Assembly: GCA_963817915.1 (NCBI GenBank)
Contig: CAWFQL010000004.1
Span: forward strand, 1 to 35,482
Length of the DNA stretch: 35,482 bases
Direction of reading: 5' to 3'
Origin: an uncultured candidate division Zixibacteria bacterium
GTDB taxonomy: Bacteria; Zixibacteria; MSB-5A5; UBA10806
Shown: positions 20,213 through 30,895 of the stretch, in pieces
Layout of the letters: the number at the start of each line of letters is the position of its first letter
How positions within the stretch are numbered: the stretch's first letter is position 1
Position numbers and translations under genes: made by a program
Notes under the pieces: generated by a model
The model's database searches: none
The model's input: only the letters and a program-made list of their open reading frames with translations
What the model was told of the DNA's origin: nothing

Positions 20213-21086
20213 TTATCCTTGAAATCCGAAAAACGCCAAAAGACGTTCCAGTTCGTCATTTGAATAGTATTCAATTGTAATCCGTCCGCCCTTTTTGCGC
20301 TGGGTAAGGATTACTTTCGTACCTAATTTTTTCTTGAGCTCTTCTTCAAGCGATTGAACCTGCGCCGAACGCAACCTGATACGGCTTGCTCTCCTGGCGG
20401 GCTTATCGTTATAGACCAGTTTTTCCAAATCCCTGACCGACATCTCCTGCGCCACCACTCTCTGGGCCATCGCGATTTTTTCGGAATCAGTAGCGAGCGT
20501 TAGAAGCGCGCGCGCGTGACCGGCCGTAAGCTTGCCACTCGAAATCATATCCTGAATTTCCGATGGCAATGACAGTAGTCTGATAGCGTTGGATATGGAG
20601 GATCGTTCTTTGCCGACACGCGCCGCCAGATCGGCCTGTGAGAGATTGAACTCTGTCAGCAAACGATGATAGGCGCCGGCTTCTTCGATCGGATTTAAAT
20701 TTTCACGCTGAATATTTTCGATGAGGGTAAGTTCCATCGCCTCTTCATTGCTGAGAATATCATAGACAATGGCCGGTATCATGGTTCGTCCCAGTAACTC
20801 CATGGCGCGCAGTCGACGTTCCCCCACGATCAGTTCGTAATGGCCATCCATGGCGCGGACCGCGATAGGCTGAATGACGCCGCGCGTGCTGATCGATTGC
20901 GCCAACTCCGAAAGACGGGCCGGATCGAATGTCACTCGCGGTTGAAATGGCGATGGTTTTATTTTGGCAATCGAAATTTCACGTATATTGTTGCTTGATG
21001 TCGATTCTTCGACAGATTGTCTTCGTCTCGCCCGAAGGCGCGGTTGGAATTAACGCCTCAAGCCCCTTGCCAAGTACACGTTTCAT
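20213..21086 (-). CDS. parB: Chromosome partitioning protein ParB (frameshifted near 20940-21020)
   Basis: [14 protein letters not shown] start overlaps the parA stop (ATGA); GVIQPI, GERRLRA, ENIQRENLNPIEEA and HTH motifs. Confidence 0.95.
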
Positions 21087-21843
21087 CTGGACAAGACCTC
21101 CTTGGCGAGACTGATGTAATTGGCCGCGCCGGTGCAGAGAATATCATAAAGAACTATCGGCTTACCGAAGCTTGGCGCCTCGGAAAGTCGGACATTACGG
21201 CTGATTACGGTATTGAAATACTTTTTCCGAGAAAAATGTACGGGCCTCGTCAGCTACCTGACGAGAGAGGTTAAGACGGCCATCGTACATGGTTAGGAGC
21301 ACGCCGTGAATATCGAGGCTGGGATTGAGATGCTTTCTGGACCAGCCTTACAGTGTTGAGAAGCTGGCTAAGTCCTTCAAGGGCATAGTATTCGCACTGA
21401 ATGGGGATGATCAGGGAATCGGCGGCCGTAAGAGTGTTGATGGTCAGAAATCCAAGCGATGGCGGGCAATCGATGATGACGAAATCGAATTGATCGCGAA
21501 TCGGTTCGAGGGCATTCTTGAGTCGATGCTCCCGTTCGGATGCTCCCACAAGCTCTATTTCTGCTCCCACAAGGTTAATATTGGACGGTAGAACATGGAG
21601 GAATTTGATCTCAGTCTCTATCATGCCCTGTTCAATGGCGGCGTTACCCAACAAGACTTCATAGGTCGATATACCCACGCTCTCTTGTCGATTCCGACAC
21701 CGGAGGTGCTGTTCCCCTGGGGATCGATATCGATCAGCAAGCGTTTTCTTTTCGGCCACAGCCAGACATGATGCCAGATTGATAGCGGTAGTGGTTTTGC
21801 CGACTCCGCCCTTCTGATTAGCGATCGCAATCACTTTAGACAT
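21083..21843 (-). CDS. parA: Chromosome partitioning ATPase ParA/Soj (several frameshifts)
   Basis: [37 protein letters not shown]; ends LAKEVLSR*. Confidence 0.95.
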
Positions 21844-21884
21844 ATAACCTCAGACCACAAATAGCGTTTATCATATTGCTGAAA

Positions 21885-21913
21885 AGAGTAGTAAAACGAT
21901 ATCGCAAAAGCAA
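21885..21913 (-). promoter_or_regulatory. Putative parAB promoter
   Basis: Minus strand TTGCTT-N17-TACTCT. Confidence 0.45.
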
Positions 21914-21921
21914 GAAAAAAA

Positions 21922-21937
21922 CGTTTCACGTGAAACA
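21922..21937. promoter_or_regulatory. parS: parS site
   Basis: CGTTTCACGTGAAACA, one mismatch to TGTTTCACGTGAAACA. Confidence 0.9.
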
Positions 21938-21954
21938 GAATGATATTTATATGG

Positions 21955-22526
21955 TTATGACGGTGAGTTTTCGAGCACGCTATATTGTCCGCGCTTGACA
22001 AAGAGAATTATCTTCCCCGAAGGTGATAATATTTTGTAAGACATGCGGCATCATCTGCTCACGCTTGGGAAGCGCCCTCACGGTCGCAATATCATAATTG
22101 CGATGCGTTGGGATTAAGATCGCCTCGAGACTCTTTTCTACAATACGATCGTATTCGACAAGGCCAATAGTATCAATGGCTGTTTGAAGAAAGATCGCCT
22201 TTTTATGAATCGATTCGAGAAGCGTAATATAAGCCTCGGGACGGAATATCGCCAGCGGAATGCCGGGGAAGCCGGCGCCGGAACCAATATCGATCATGCG
22301 GCACTTCGATGGAATCATCGCCAGCGGACCAAGGGAATCGAGAAAATGATTTTCAATTATATGATCTCGATCGGAATTGGGAAACGAGATTCATCTTGCT
22401 CGACCAGTCATAAAGGAGATCATAGTACTTTTCTATCTTGGCTTTAATATCAATATCAATTAATGACTCCTGGCCGACTCAGCCCAGGCGTTGATTCTAT
22501 CGATATCCTGCTTAGATAAGTGCCAT
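21955..22526 (-). CDS. rsmG: 16S rRNA m7G527 methyltransferase (multiple frameshifts; ends approximate)
   Basis: WSSKMNLVS..NHFLDSL, DIGSGAGFPGIPLAI, LLES..KK..FL and TVRA motifs; lies between mnmG and parA. Confidence 0.88.
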
Positions 22527-22655
22527 GAAAAAGTAGATATTATATTACTGCGTAATAATTACAAGCAAATTGTTGAGAAAGAGGCGGGTTTTCAACAGCT
22601 TATCAAGAGTTGGCTAATCTAATCCTAATGAATTGGTTTTCTGGTTCCAGAATGA

Positions 22656-22671
22656 TGTTTCACGTGAAACA
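22656..22671. promoter_or_regulatory. parS: parS site (perfect)
   Basis: TGTTTCACGTGAAACA, within the 20-bp palindrome 22654-22673. Confidence 0.95.
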
Positions 22672-22711
22672 TCGCATGGCGATTTCAGGAAAATGTGTTA
22701 CAAGCGGGATG

Positions 22712-22731
22712 TTATCCACAAATTGTCAACA
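22712..22731 (+). promoter_or_regulatory. DnaA box (perfect) plus adjacent degenerate box
   Basis: TTATCCACA at 22712-22720; TTGTCAACA at 22723-22731. Confidence 0.65.
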
Positions 22732-22740
22732 TGGTTATCG

Positions 22741-24608
22741 TCATAATATCCTATTCTCGTCGAAATGAACCATAAGGACCGTAATATCTCCTGGAGTGAC
22801 ACCTGAAATCCGTGATGCCTGGCCTAAAGTCTCAGGTTTGAAATATGATAGTTTCTGAGCCGCTTCCTTTTTCAACCCCTTAAGACCAAGAAAATCAATT
22901 GAGTGCGGTATACGGTAGTCCTCGTACCGACGAAATCTCTCGACGCGCTGATCCTGTCGCGTGATATATCCCTCGTATCGGATATCGTTGATTAGCGCCC
23001 GAAAGACCTTCTCCCCATATTTCGACTCCGATTCGGCGTAAATCGGGTAATCAGCGAGAGCTAAGCTCGGGTTTTTTAACGCTTCATAGGCCGAAATTGT
23101 GCGCCACGACGAAGATATCGCTATCCTTTATCGGAATTTTTATCCTCTGCGCTTTTAATTCCTCGCGAAGCGCACTTCTTGGCGGCCTGGTTTGCCTGAA
23201 AGGTCTTCGTGTATCTCTTTTCTAACTAGTCCGATTCTGATATCCCTTTTCCAGCAGACGCTCCTCGGCGTTGTCGTCTCTAAGTGTGAGACGGTACTCC
23301 GCGCGCGACGTAAACATCCGATACGGCTCCGCTGTTGATTTGGTGACGAGATCATCAAGAAGGACCCCGATATAGGCTTCGGAACGGGATAGCCGGAACG
23401 GCTCCTCGTTTCGTACCTTCATGACAGCGTTGATACCGGCCATAATCCCCTGGGCGGCCGCCTCCTCGTATCCAGATGTCCCGTTGACCTGGCCGGCGAA
23501 GAAAAGATTCGGTACAATTTTCGATTCCATGGTCACGAAAACCTGATGCGGCGGGAAGAAAGTCGTACTCTATAGCGTAGGCCGGACGAACCATACGGGC
23601 CTGTTCGAGTCCGGCAATCGTATGCAGTGCAGCGAGTTGCGCCTCTTCCGGCAGTGATGACGAGAAGCCATTGAGATAATACTCGCTGGTACTGTGTCGT
23701 CCCTCGGGCTCCAGGAAAAGTTGATGGCGTAGTTTATCGGCGAAACGGACAACTTTGTCCTCTATCGATGGGCAATAACGCGGCCCGATTCCCTTGATGA
23801 CACCGGAATACATCGGGGAGAGATGCAGGGAATCGCGGATAATCTGATGCGTCTTCTCGCTGGTATATGTCAGATGACAGACAATTTGATCAAGCGGTCG
23901 AGCGTGATCGGTGCGATTGGAGAAATATGGCGGCGGCGTATCGCCGTATTGGATCTCGCATTTGGAAAAATCAATTGTGGCGCCATCGAGACGGGGCGGC
24001 GTACCGGTCTTGAGCCGTCCGATTGTGATGCCAAGTGCTTGCAATTTTTGTGATAGGCCAACGGCCGGGGCCTCGCCGATTCGCCCTGCTGGCGTTTGCT
24101 TCATGCCTATATGTATCAAACCGTTAAGGAAAGTGCCCGCGGTGATGATAACAGTTTTGGAATTTATTCTTTCGCCGCTTGAGAGAATTATTCCTTGGCA
24201 GATTCCGTTTTCGATAATGAGATCGGTGACTTCGCCCTCGATTATTTCGAGGTCCGCCTGATTTTCACAGGTGGTACGCATGATCTCAGAATAGAGGGCG
24301 CGATCGGTTTGGGCGCGGCGAGACTGCACGGCCGGGCCTTTACTGCGATTAAGAAGACGGAACTGTATGCCGGCCAGATCGGTAGCGTAACCCATCTCGC
24401 CGCCGAGAGCATCGATCTCCATGACGAGCTGGCCCTTGGCCAGGCCGCCGATAGCGGGATTGCAGCTCATTCGTCCGATAGCGTCGCGGCTCATGGTGAC
24501 AAGCGCGGTGCGGCAACCCATGCGGGCGCCGGCTAGCGCGGCCTCGATACCGGCGTGACCGCCGCCGACTACTATTATTTCGAAATCGGTTGTCAAAGTC
24601 ATTTTCAA
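22741..24608 (-). CDS. mnmG: tRNA U34 carboxymethylaminomethyl modification enzyme MnmG/GidA (several frameshifts)
   Basis: [70 protein letters not shown]; ends [13 protein letters not shown]. Confidence 0.96.
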
Positions 24609-24840
24609 TATAATAAATCCTCTATGACAATATCGCTATGGGACGAGTAAAGATGCAAGAGGGAAAAGGGGGAGGCAAGAGGGCGCCAGGAAGGCGTTCC
24701 TGACAGCGAGCCAAACGAAGATAAAAATACCCTTGTATATATAAACGCGCTTATTATATTGTATAGCCTCTTTTATATCTGGTATCGGTTGGGATACCGA
24801 GTATTTATATGAAAATTTAAGATTTGCTGGAGGTGGTGCT

Positions 24841-27830
24841 ATGAAGCGCCTTGTTTTGTGCATTACAATCGCTTTGATTACTAGCATTCCAACATTTGCT
24901 ACGGTTAATAACGTACCATCGCAATATTCGACAATTCAAGCCGGTATCAATGCCAGCGTAAATGGCGATACGGTCTTAGTTCTTGACGGCCATTATTACG
25001 AGCGAATTAGTTATCGAGGTAAGAATATTACAGTTGCCAGCCAGCATTTGCTTGATGGCGATATTCAACATATTGCCAATACAATCATTGACGCAGATAC
25101 TCTGGTGCTTGGTGTGGCGGATACAGGTAGTGTTGTCTGCTTTGTTAACGGGGAAGATTCTACAGCGGTACTACAGGGATTTACAATTCAAAGAGGAACG
25201 GGAACAGAAGGAAAAGGTGGAGGTATTTATTGTTCGAATAGCTCGCCAAGTATAATCCACAACAAAATAATCTATAATTCCGGCCTAAATAGGGGGGAGG
25301 AATTTGTATCGAAGGTAGTTCCACAACACTAATTCGAAATTGCAATATTATATATAATCTGACCTCATCTGGCTATCATTATTCCGGAGGCGCGATTTAT
25401 GATTATAACGGAGGTTCGACGATTATCGCCAGTAATATAAGTGATAATACAGGATGGGGGATTGTAGGTGGCTATTACTCAGGCCCTGCTTTAGAGTCAA
25501 CATCAGTTAAATATAATTCTATGGGAGGCCTCAACTTTGGAGTTGTGGGCAATGACATAAATAATTGCAATATCTCATTTAATGGCGGCGATGGAATATT
25601 TGATTATAATGGTGCTAGATCTGAAAAGGACAAAGAATTATTTTGGAGGCATATAAGCAATACTATATTTGAAGGTAATGCCGGAAATGGATATTGGAAA
25701 GGCGCAAGCGTTATTGAACTAACTAACTGCATATTTAAAAATAATGCTGGATACGGAGTATATTGCGGATACGATGGAGGATCATTTGTCAAATTTGATA
25801 GCTGCTTCTTCTCGAGTAATAATGCGGGTGGTTTTTTTAATTATGGGGAAATGAATGATTTTAGCGACTGCGTCTTTGAGTCTAATAGTGGTGGTAGCGC
25901 TGTACACGCCGCATATGACATACATAGGATGATTAACTGTACTTTTACAAACAACTCTTCAACGAGTAGTGCAGTAATAAATACATGGCATCATCCTAAT
26001 AGCCTCGATACTATATTGATTTCCAATTGTCTGATAGCAAATAATAAATCGCTTGGCGCGATAAGTTGTTTTTCAAGCTCTTCACCGGCAATACTTGATA
26101 TTTCTTGTACCAACATATTTAACAATGCCGGCGGGGATTGGACGGATTCTCTAGCTCAATTCCAGATTATCAATGGTAATCTCTCGACAGATCCCCTCTT
26201 CTGTGATACTTCATCCAGTGATTTTACCATTCGAAGTACATCTGTCTGTGCCCCCGCCAACAATTCCTGCGGCGAGCTTATAGGCGCAGGGGGTGTCGGT
26301 TGTTATGAATTAGCCAATTTCCATCTGCTTAATCCAGCCTCGGATTCGATATTTATCGCCATGCCTAATCCCTTCGATTGGTCAAAATCGAGAGAGGTTT
26401 ATCTTAATCAGGATGCCACCTATAGAATATTTATCGATACCGACTCAACCTTTATTTCGCCCGATTCATCAGAGATATTGGCCGACACAACCTATTGGTT
26501 GTCTGAAGAACTAGCCCGAGCGAACCGTTATTATTGGAAGGTATTGGCCACAATACCTGAGGCGCCCCCTAAATGGAGCCTTGAGACCGGCAATTTTTAC
26601 CTCGATGGCTACCCAACGCAACCCGTCATTTTCGCGCCGGTGAGCGGCGTAGGCGCTAATTCCGCAACCGTATTTTCCTGGTATATCTCCACCGACCCCG
26701 ACTCTTTCGATTCCGTTTCCTATACTATCCAGATAGACAACGATTCGCTGTTTTCGTCGCCGGAAATCAACCAAATAGGCTTACGATCTGACACGGTTGT
26801 AGATGATGCTTTCGCAATCCGCCTTGGTGAGCTTGAGGGGTTTTCCAATCTCCAAATTGATACCCGCTATTTCTGGCGAGTACGAGCAGTCGATAATTAC
26901 GGCCTATCATCCGATTGGGCCGATGGCAGCAACTGGTTTGTTTTCATGCCGCAGAATCAAGCGCCCTATGCCCCCGATTCCGGCTTCTTCCCTGCAAATG
27001 GCGAGGAAGTCATTTCGCTTAGGCCCGTGATTACCTGGAATGATGCATACGACCCCGACGGAAATAGCGACAACCTAATGTATGCTATCCGCCTTTCGCA
27101 AGATTCACTCTTTACGGGATTAGTTTATATTGATACGACGGAATTCGGTATCAACCAGATTCAACCTACGGCGGACCTAATCGACAACGCTCATTATTTC
27201 TACCAAATCAAGGCAATCGATTATAGCGGCCTTTCATCGGGTTGGTCCGAAACCCAAAACTTCTGGACCAACCATTACAACTTTCCGCCGGAGCCGTTCC
27301 CGCTATTTGGTCTACCAAATGGCACCAGGATCGTAGACTATTACTCTAGTTTCTCATGGGGGAGTACCGTTGATTACGATCCCAATTCGAGTTTCACCTT
27401 TTCAATAGAAACATCCAACGACAGCCTTTTCCGAGATGTTTTCTGGTCAAGAAACGGCCTGAATGACACCTCGCTGACAATCGCAACGGATTCGCTGATT
27501 AATGTCGGCCCTCTCTACTGGCGAGTACTGGCCACCGACAATGATAGTCTCGTGCGGATTGGCGGTATTCCCGAGGGTTTCAAAAACCTGATGATCCTGC
27601 CACCTGGCGATGCCAACAGCAATGGAGTCACGAATGGTATTGATGTGACATTCATGGTAAATTATCTCAAAGGTCTCGGCCCCGCTCCCGATCCGTTACT
27701 GGCAGGCGATGCCAATGGCAACTGCTCTACCAACGGGATTGATGTGACATACCTCGTGAATTATCTGAAGGGATTAGGTGGAGCGCCGGCGAGGGGGAGT
27801 TGCGAAAACCAGAAATCCTCGAAAAAATAA
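24841..27830 (+). CDS. Large secreted beta-helix + fibronectin-III-like + dockerin protein (one frameshift at the G-run near 25292-25297)
   Basis: Signal peptide and VPSQYSTIQAGIN. The frame from about 25295 reads open into ORF 25521-27830. Repeated YYWKV/YFWRV domains; paired GDAN..NGIDVT repeats. Confidence 0.88.
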
Positions 27831-27843
27831 TAGCGGAGTAAAA

Positions 27844-28011
27844 GTGACAAAAGATAAGACAAGACAGATGGCACTATTCGGCATAATTATGATATGCCTC
27901 GGTGTCGTTTTTATGCGAAGCGGCAGATTAGGCGTGATATTCTTGGTCGCGGGGGCGGCGCTGACGATTGTAGCGTTGATAAAAAGAAAAGACGACGATT
28001 CGGCCAAATAA
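27844..28011 (+). CDS. Small 2-TM membrane protein (55 aa)
   Basis: RBS GGAG, GTG start, two hydrophobic segments with a basic loop. Confidence 0.6.
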   Translation: MTKDKTRQMALFGIIMICLGVVFMRSGRLGVIFLVAGAALTIVALIKRKDDDSAK

Positions 28012-28140
28012 TCGAAAAGATTAATCTCTATTTAAACCATCGGGACAAGGTTTTTCCGTAGTCTACGAGGCTAATCTCGGACCGAGCATAAATATTTCGC
28101 CTCCATGTGTCACGTGCGGATTCACGCATAATCACAAACC

Positions 28141-28169
28141 TTGACATCGCAACCACCATTCTCTATAAT
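28141..28169 (+). promoter_or_regulatory. Consensus sigma70 promoter
   Basis: TTGACA-N17-TATAAT. Confidence 0.9.
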
Positions 28170-28206
28170 CCTCCGCAAAATGGAAAAATGCCGCCCCGGA
28201 GAAGAT

Positions 28207-29403
28207 ATGGATATCAAAAAGCAGATACAGGCCCTATCACGCAAACATGCCGACGAGATGATCGCGCTCAGACGACAACTGCATCGCAATCCCGAGCTAT
28301 CCATGCAAGAATTCGAGACACAGAAAGTCATAGCTGCCAAACTCAAGAGTATCGGCTGCAAGGTCAACTCTAAGCTGTGGAAAACCTCGGTGCTCGGCAT
28401 GATATCCGGCAAGGGCAAGGGACGCACAGTTGGGATTCGATCCGATATGGATGCGCTTCCAGTGACAGAGCAGACCGGCTATCCATTCGCCAGCGCAAAA
28501 CCGGGAACAATGCATGCCTGCGGCCACGATGTTCATATGGCAACAGTCTGGGGCGCGGCGAAAATTCTCTCCGAGCTGAAGACCGAATTTGCGGGGAATG
28601 TGAAATTTATTTTTCAACCATCGGAAGAGGTTCATCCTGGTGGAGCCAAGCCGATGATAGAGGCAGGCGTTCTAAAAAATCCCGATGTCGAGATGATGTT
28701 CGGGCTGCATGTCGATTCCGGACTACCGGCCGGGGCAATCGGCGCCAAAGACGGCCCGATGATGGCCCAGGCCGATGACTGGTCAATCGAGATTATCGGA
28801 CGCTCGGGACATGGGGCTCGTCCGCACGAGACAATCGATGCCGTAGTGGTGGCATCGAATGTTGTACTGGCACTGCAGACAATAGCGTCGCGCAAGGTCA
28901 ATCCACTGATACCGGTCGTAGTTTCAGTCGGGGCGATTTCCGGCGGTACGGCTACGAATATTATCGCGGATAAGGTCACACTCAAGGGGACCGCGCGTTC
29001 GCTAACACCGGATTTGACCGAAGAACTGCCCAAGATGATCGAGAAAATCGTAGCTGGTGTCTGCCAGACACATGGAGCGAGCTATAATCTACGGTATAAC
29101 CGGGGATATCCGGTTTTATTCAACGACAAAAAGGTTTGCGATATATATAGGAGGGCGGCGGTTGAGCTTGGCGGACCAAAAGCGGTAGTTGAATTACCAT
29201 ATCCATCGATGGGTGGAGAGGATTTTTCGTATTTCGCCAAAGCGGTGCCAGGCGCGATGGTCCGGTTGGGAGTCGGCAATAAGAAAATTGGCGCCGATAA
29301 GCCGTGGCATCATCCGGCATTCAAAGCGGATGAAAAGGCGATACCGTTCGGGGCATCGCTGTTGACGTTAGCGGTATTAACGGTTTTGAGCGGGCATGAA
29401 TAG
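28207..29403 (+). CDS. M20D family amidohydrolase
   Basis: RRQLHRNPELS, RSDMDALP, MHACGHD, FQPSEE, GGEDFSY and HHPAF motifs; RBS GGAG before ATG 28207. Confidence 0.93.
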   Translation: MDIKKQIQALSRKHADEMIALRRQLHRNPELSMQEFETQKVIAAKLKSIGCKVNSKLWKTSVLGMISGKGKGRTVGIRSDMDALPVTEQTGYPFASAKPGTMHACGHDVHMATVWGAAKILSELKTEFAGNVKFIFQPSEEVHPGGAKPMIEAGVLKNPDVEMMFGLHVDSGLPAGAIGAKDGPMMAQADDWSIEIIGRSGHGARPHETIDAVVVASNVVLALQTIASRKVNPLIPVVVSVGAISGGTATNIIADKVTLKGTARSLTPDLTEELPKMIEKIVAGVCQTHGASYNLRYNRGYPVLFNDKKVCDIYRRAAVELGGPKAVVELPYPSMGGEDFSYFAKAVPGAMVRLGVGNKKIGADKPWHHPAFKADEKAIPFGASLLTLAVLTVLSGHE

Positions 29404-29406
29404 GAT

Positions 29407-30093
29407 ATGATCACGACTGTCCTGCTCGATGGCGGAGGTGTCATTGTAGATGAATCATTGTATGAGATGATTCACGCCGAGATCGTTTCCGAAATCCTAA
29501 ACCTCATAAAGCCCGGGTATTCGGTCGTCGATTATTACGACGATCTCGATGAGGCGATCTGGGCCTTCTGCCCTAATGTGTACAAATATGTCATCTGGCA
29601 TCATTGTAAGGGAGACAGGGCTCTTTTCGATAAGATGCAGGTTCGTCACATGAAAGCCTGGAATGAACGTCGGCCGCCGCTAGTGTTGTTCGAGGGCATG
29701 AAAGAGGAAATCAAAAAGCTTTCCGTCAATTTTAAAATCGCGATTGCCGGACAATATGGTCGCGAAATAATAGAGCTCCTCGAAAAAAACGGATTGCTCA
29801 AATATTTCTGCTCTCAACTTACGCAAGACGATTTCAAAATTACCAAGCCCGATCCGCGATATCTCGAGCAGATCGCAAGAAAAATTGGCACATTGCCGGA
29901 TGAATGTATTATGGTTGGGGATCGGATAGATAAAGATATTATTCCGGCGAAGCAATTGGGCATGAAGACATTATTGCTCCGAACCGGAATTCACAAATAT
30001 CAGAAGCCGCGAGTGCCGTTCGAAATACCGGATAGGGAATTACCGGGTATCTCGGGATTGGCCGCTGCCGCCAAAGAGTTAGCGGAAAAATAG
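29407..30093 (+). CDS. HAD-superfamily hydrolase
   Basis: LLDGGGVIVD, KPDP and MVGDR..KDI motifs. Confidence 0.85.
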   Translation: MITTVLLDGGGVIVDESLYEMIHAEIVSEILNLIKPGYSVVDYYDDLDEAIWAFCPNVYKYVIWHHCKGDRALFDKMQVRHMKAWNERRPPLVLFEGMKEEIKKLSVNFKIAIAGQYGREIIELLEKNGLLKYFCSQLTQDDFKITKPDPRYLEQIARKIGTLPDECIMVGDRIDKDIIPAKQLGMKTLLLRTGIHKYQKPRVPFEIPDRELPGISGLAAAAKELAEK

Positions 30094-30139
30094 GAAATCG
30101 CGATAGTAGCGATGTTTGCGTATAGAAAGGGTTAGCCAT

Positions 30140-30895
30140 ATGGGCATCTGGGATCTGCTAAAGAAAATCAAAAATATAAGATTGTTGCCTCCGCGCGATA
30201 AGGAATTTTACGAACTTTTCCGCGAAATGGCGGATACGCTGGTTAAGGCCAGTAATATGCTTGTAACCCTCTTCGAGGTATCCCAGCAGGAGCGCGATGA
30301 GACCGAAGTGAAGATCGGTAACTACCTGACCCGTTGCGGACAGATTGCAGAATCGCTTACCGAACTTCTGCGAACCGCTCAGCAACCACCGTTCGGGCGG
30401 GCCGAAATCAGCGATTTTTCAAACGGCGCCCTGCGAATTATAAAATATATCCACCACGCCGCCAACCGCTATGTAGTCTATGATTTTCCATCGAGCGACA
30501 AAGAGATGCGGGAGCTGGCCCCCATCATTGCCGAGGCCTGTAAAGAAATCGCCAAAGCGGTTGGTACGCTCGATAGGGGCAGGAATATCGATCCCTACTA
30601 TAAGGCTGTCGATATTCTCGAAGACAGAGCCGATGTCATCTATCACGAGGGATTGCGGCGTAGATTCCATGAGATACGCGAGGATCGCACCGATCTCGAA
30701 CAGCAGCTTAACAGCATATCGGACAAACCATCCAGTGAAGATCTCCTTTCTCTAATATCCGACAATGTCGAGTACACTCGTCACGTGGCGGTTTTCTTTA
30801 TTCTGCGTCAGGTCTATGCCGAACTGGAACGCTCAATCGACGCCTGCACGGATCTCATGGGAAATTTAAAGCGGATGGTCACAAGCAATGCATGA
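30140..30895 (+). CDS. DUF47/PhoU-like PiT accessory protein
   Basis: PRDKEFYELF, PPFGRAEI, LEDRADVIY, VY..LE..ID.C; overlaps the PiT start. Confidence 0.8.
   Translation: MGIWDLLKKIKNIRLLPPRDKEFYELFREMADTLVKASNMLVTLFEVSQQERDETEVKIGNYLTRCGQIAESLTELLRTAQQPPFGRAEISDFSNGALRIIKYIHHAANRYVVYDFPSSDKEMRELAPIIAEACKEIAKAVGTLDRGRNIDPYYKAVDILEDRADVIYHEGLRRRFHEIREDRTDLEQQLNSISDKPSSEDLLSLISDNVEYTRHVAVFFILRQVYAELERSIDACTDLMGNLKRMVTSNA

Noticed and set aside
11951..24608. Calling gcvT, parA, parB, rsmG, mnmG and M32 pseudogenes or programmed frameshifts
   Set aside because: Motifs are intact, breaks are numerous and share no slippery signal; sequencing error is more parsimonious.
28141..28206. TTG start at 28141 for the amidohydrolase
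   Set aside because: That TTG is the -35 hexamer; ATG 28207 has an RBS.
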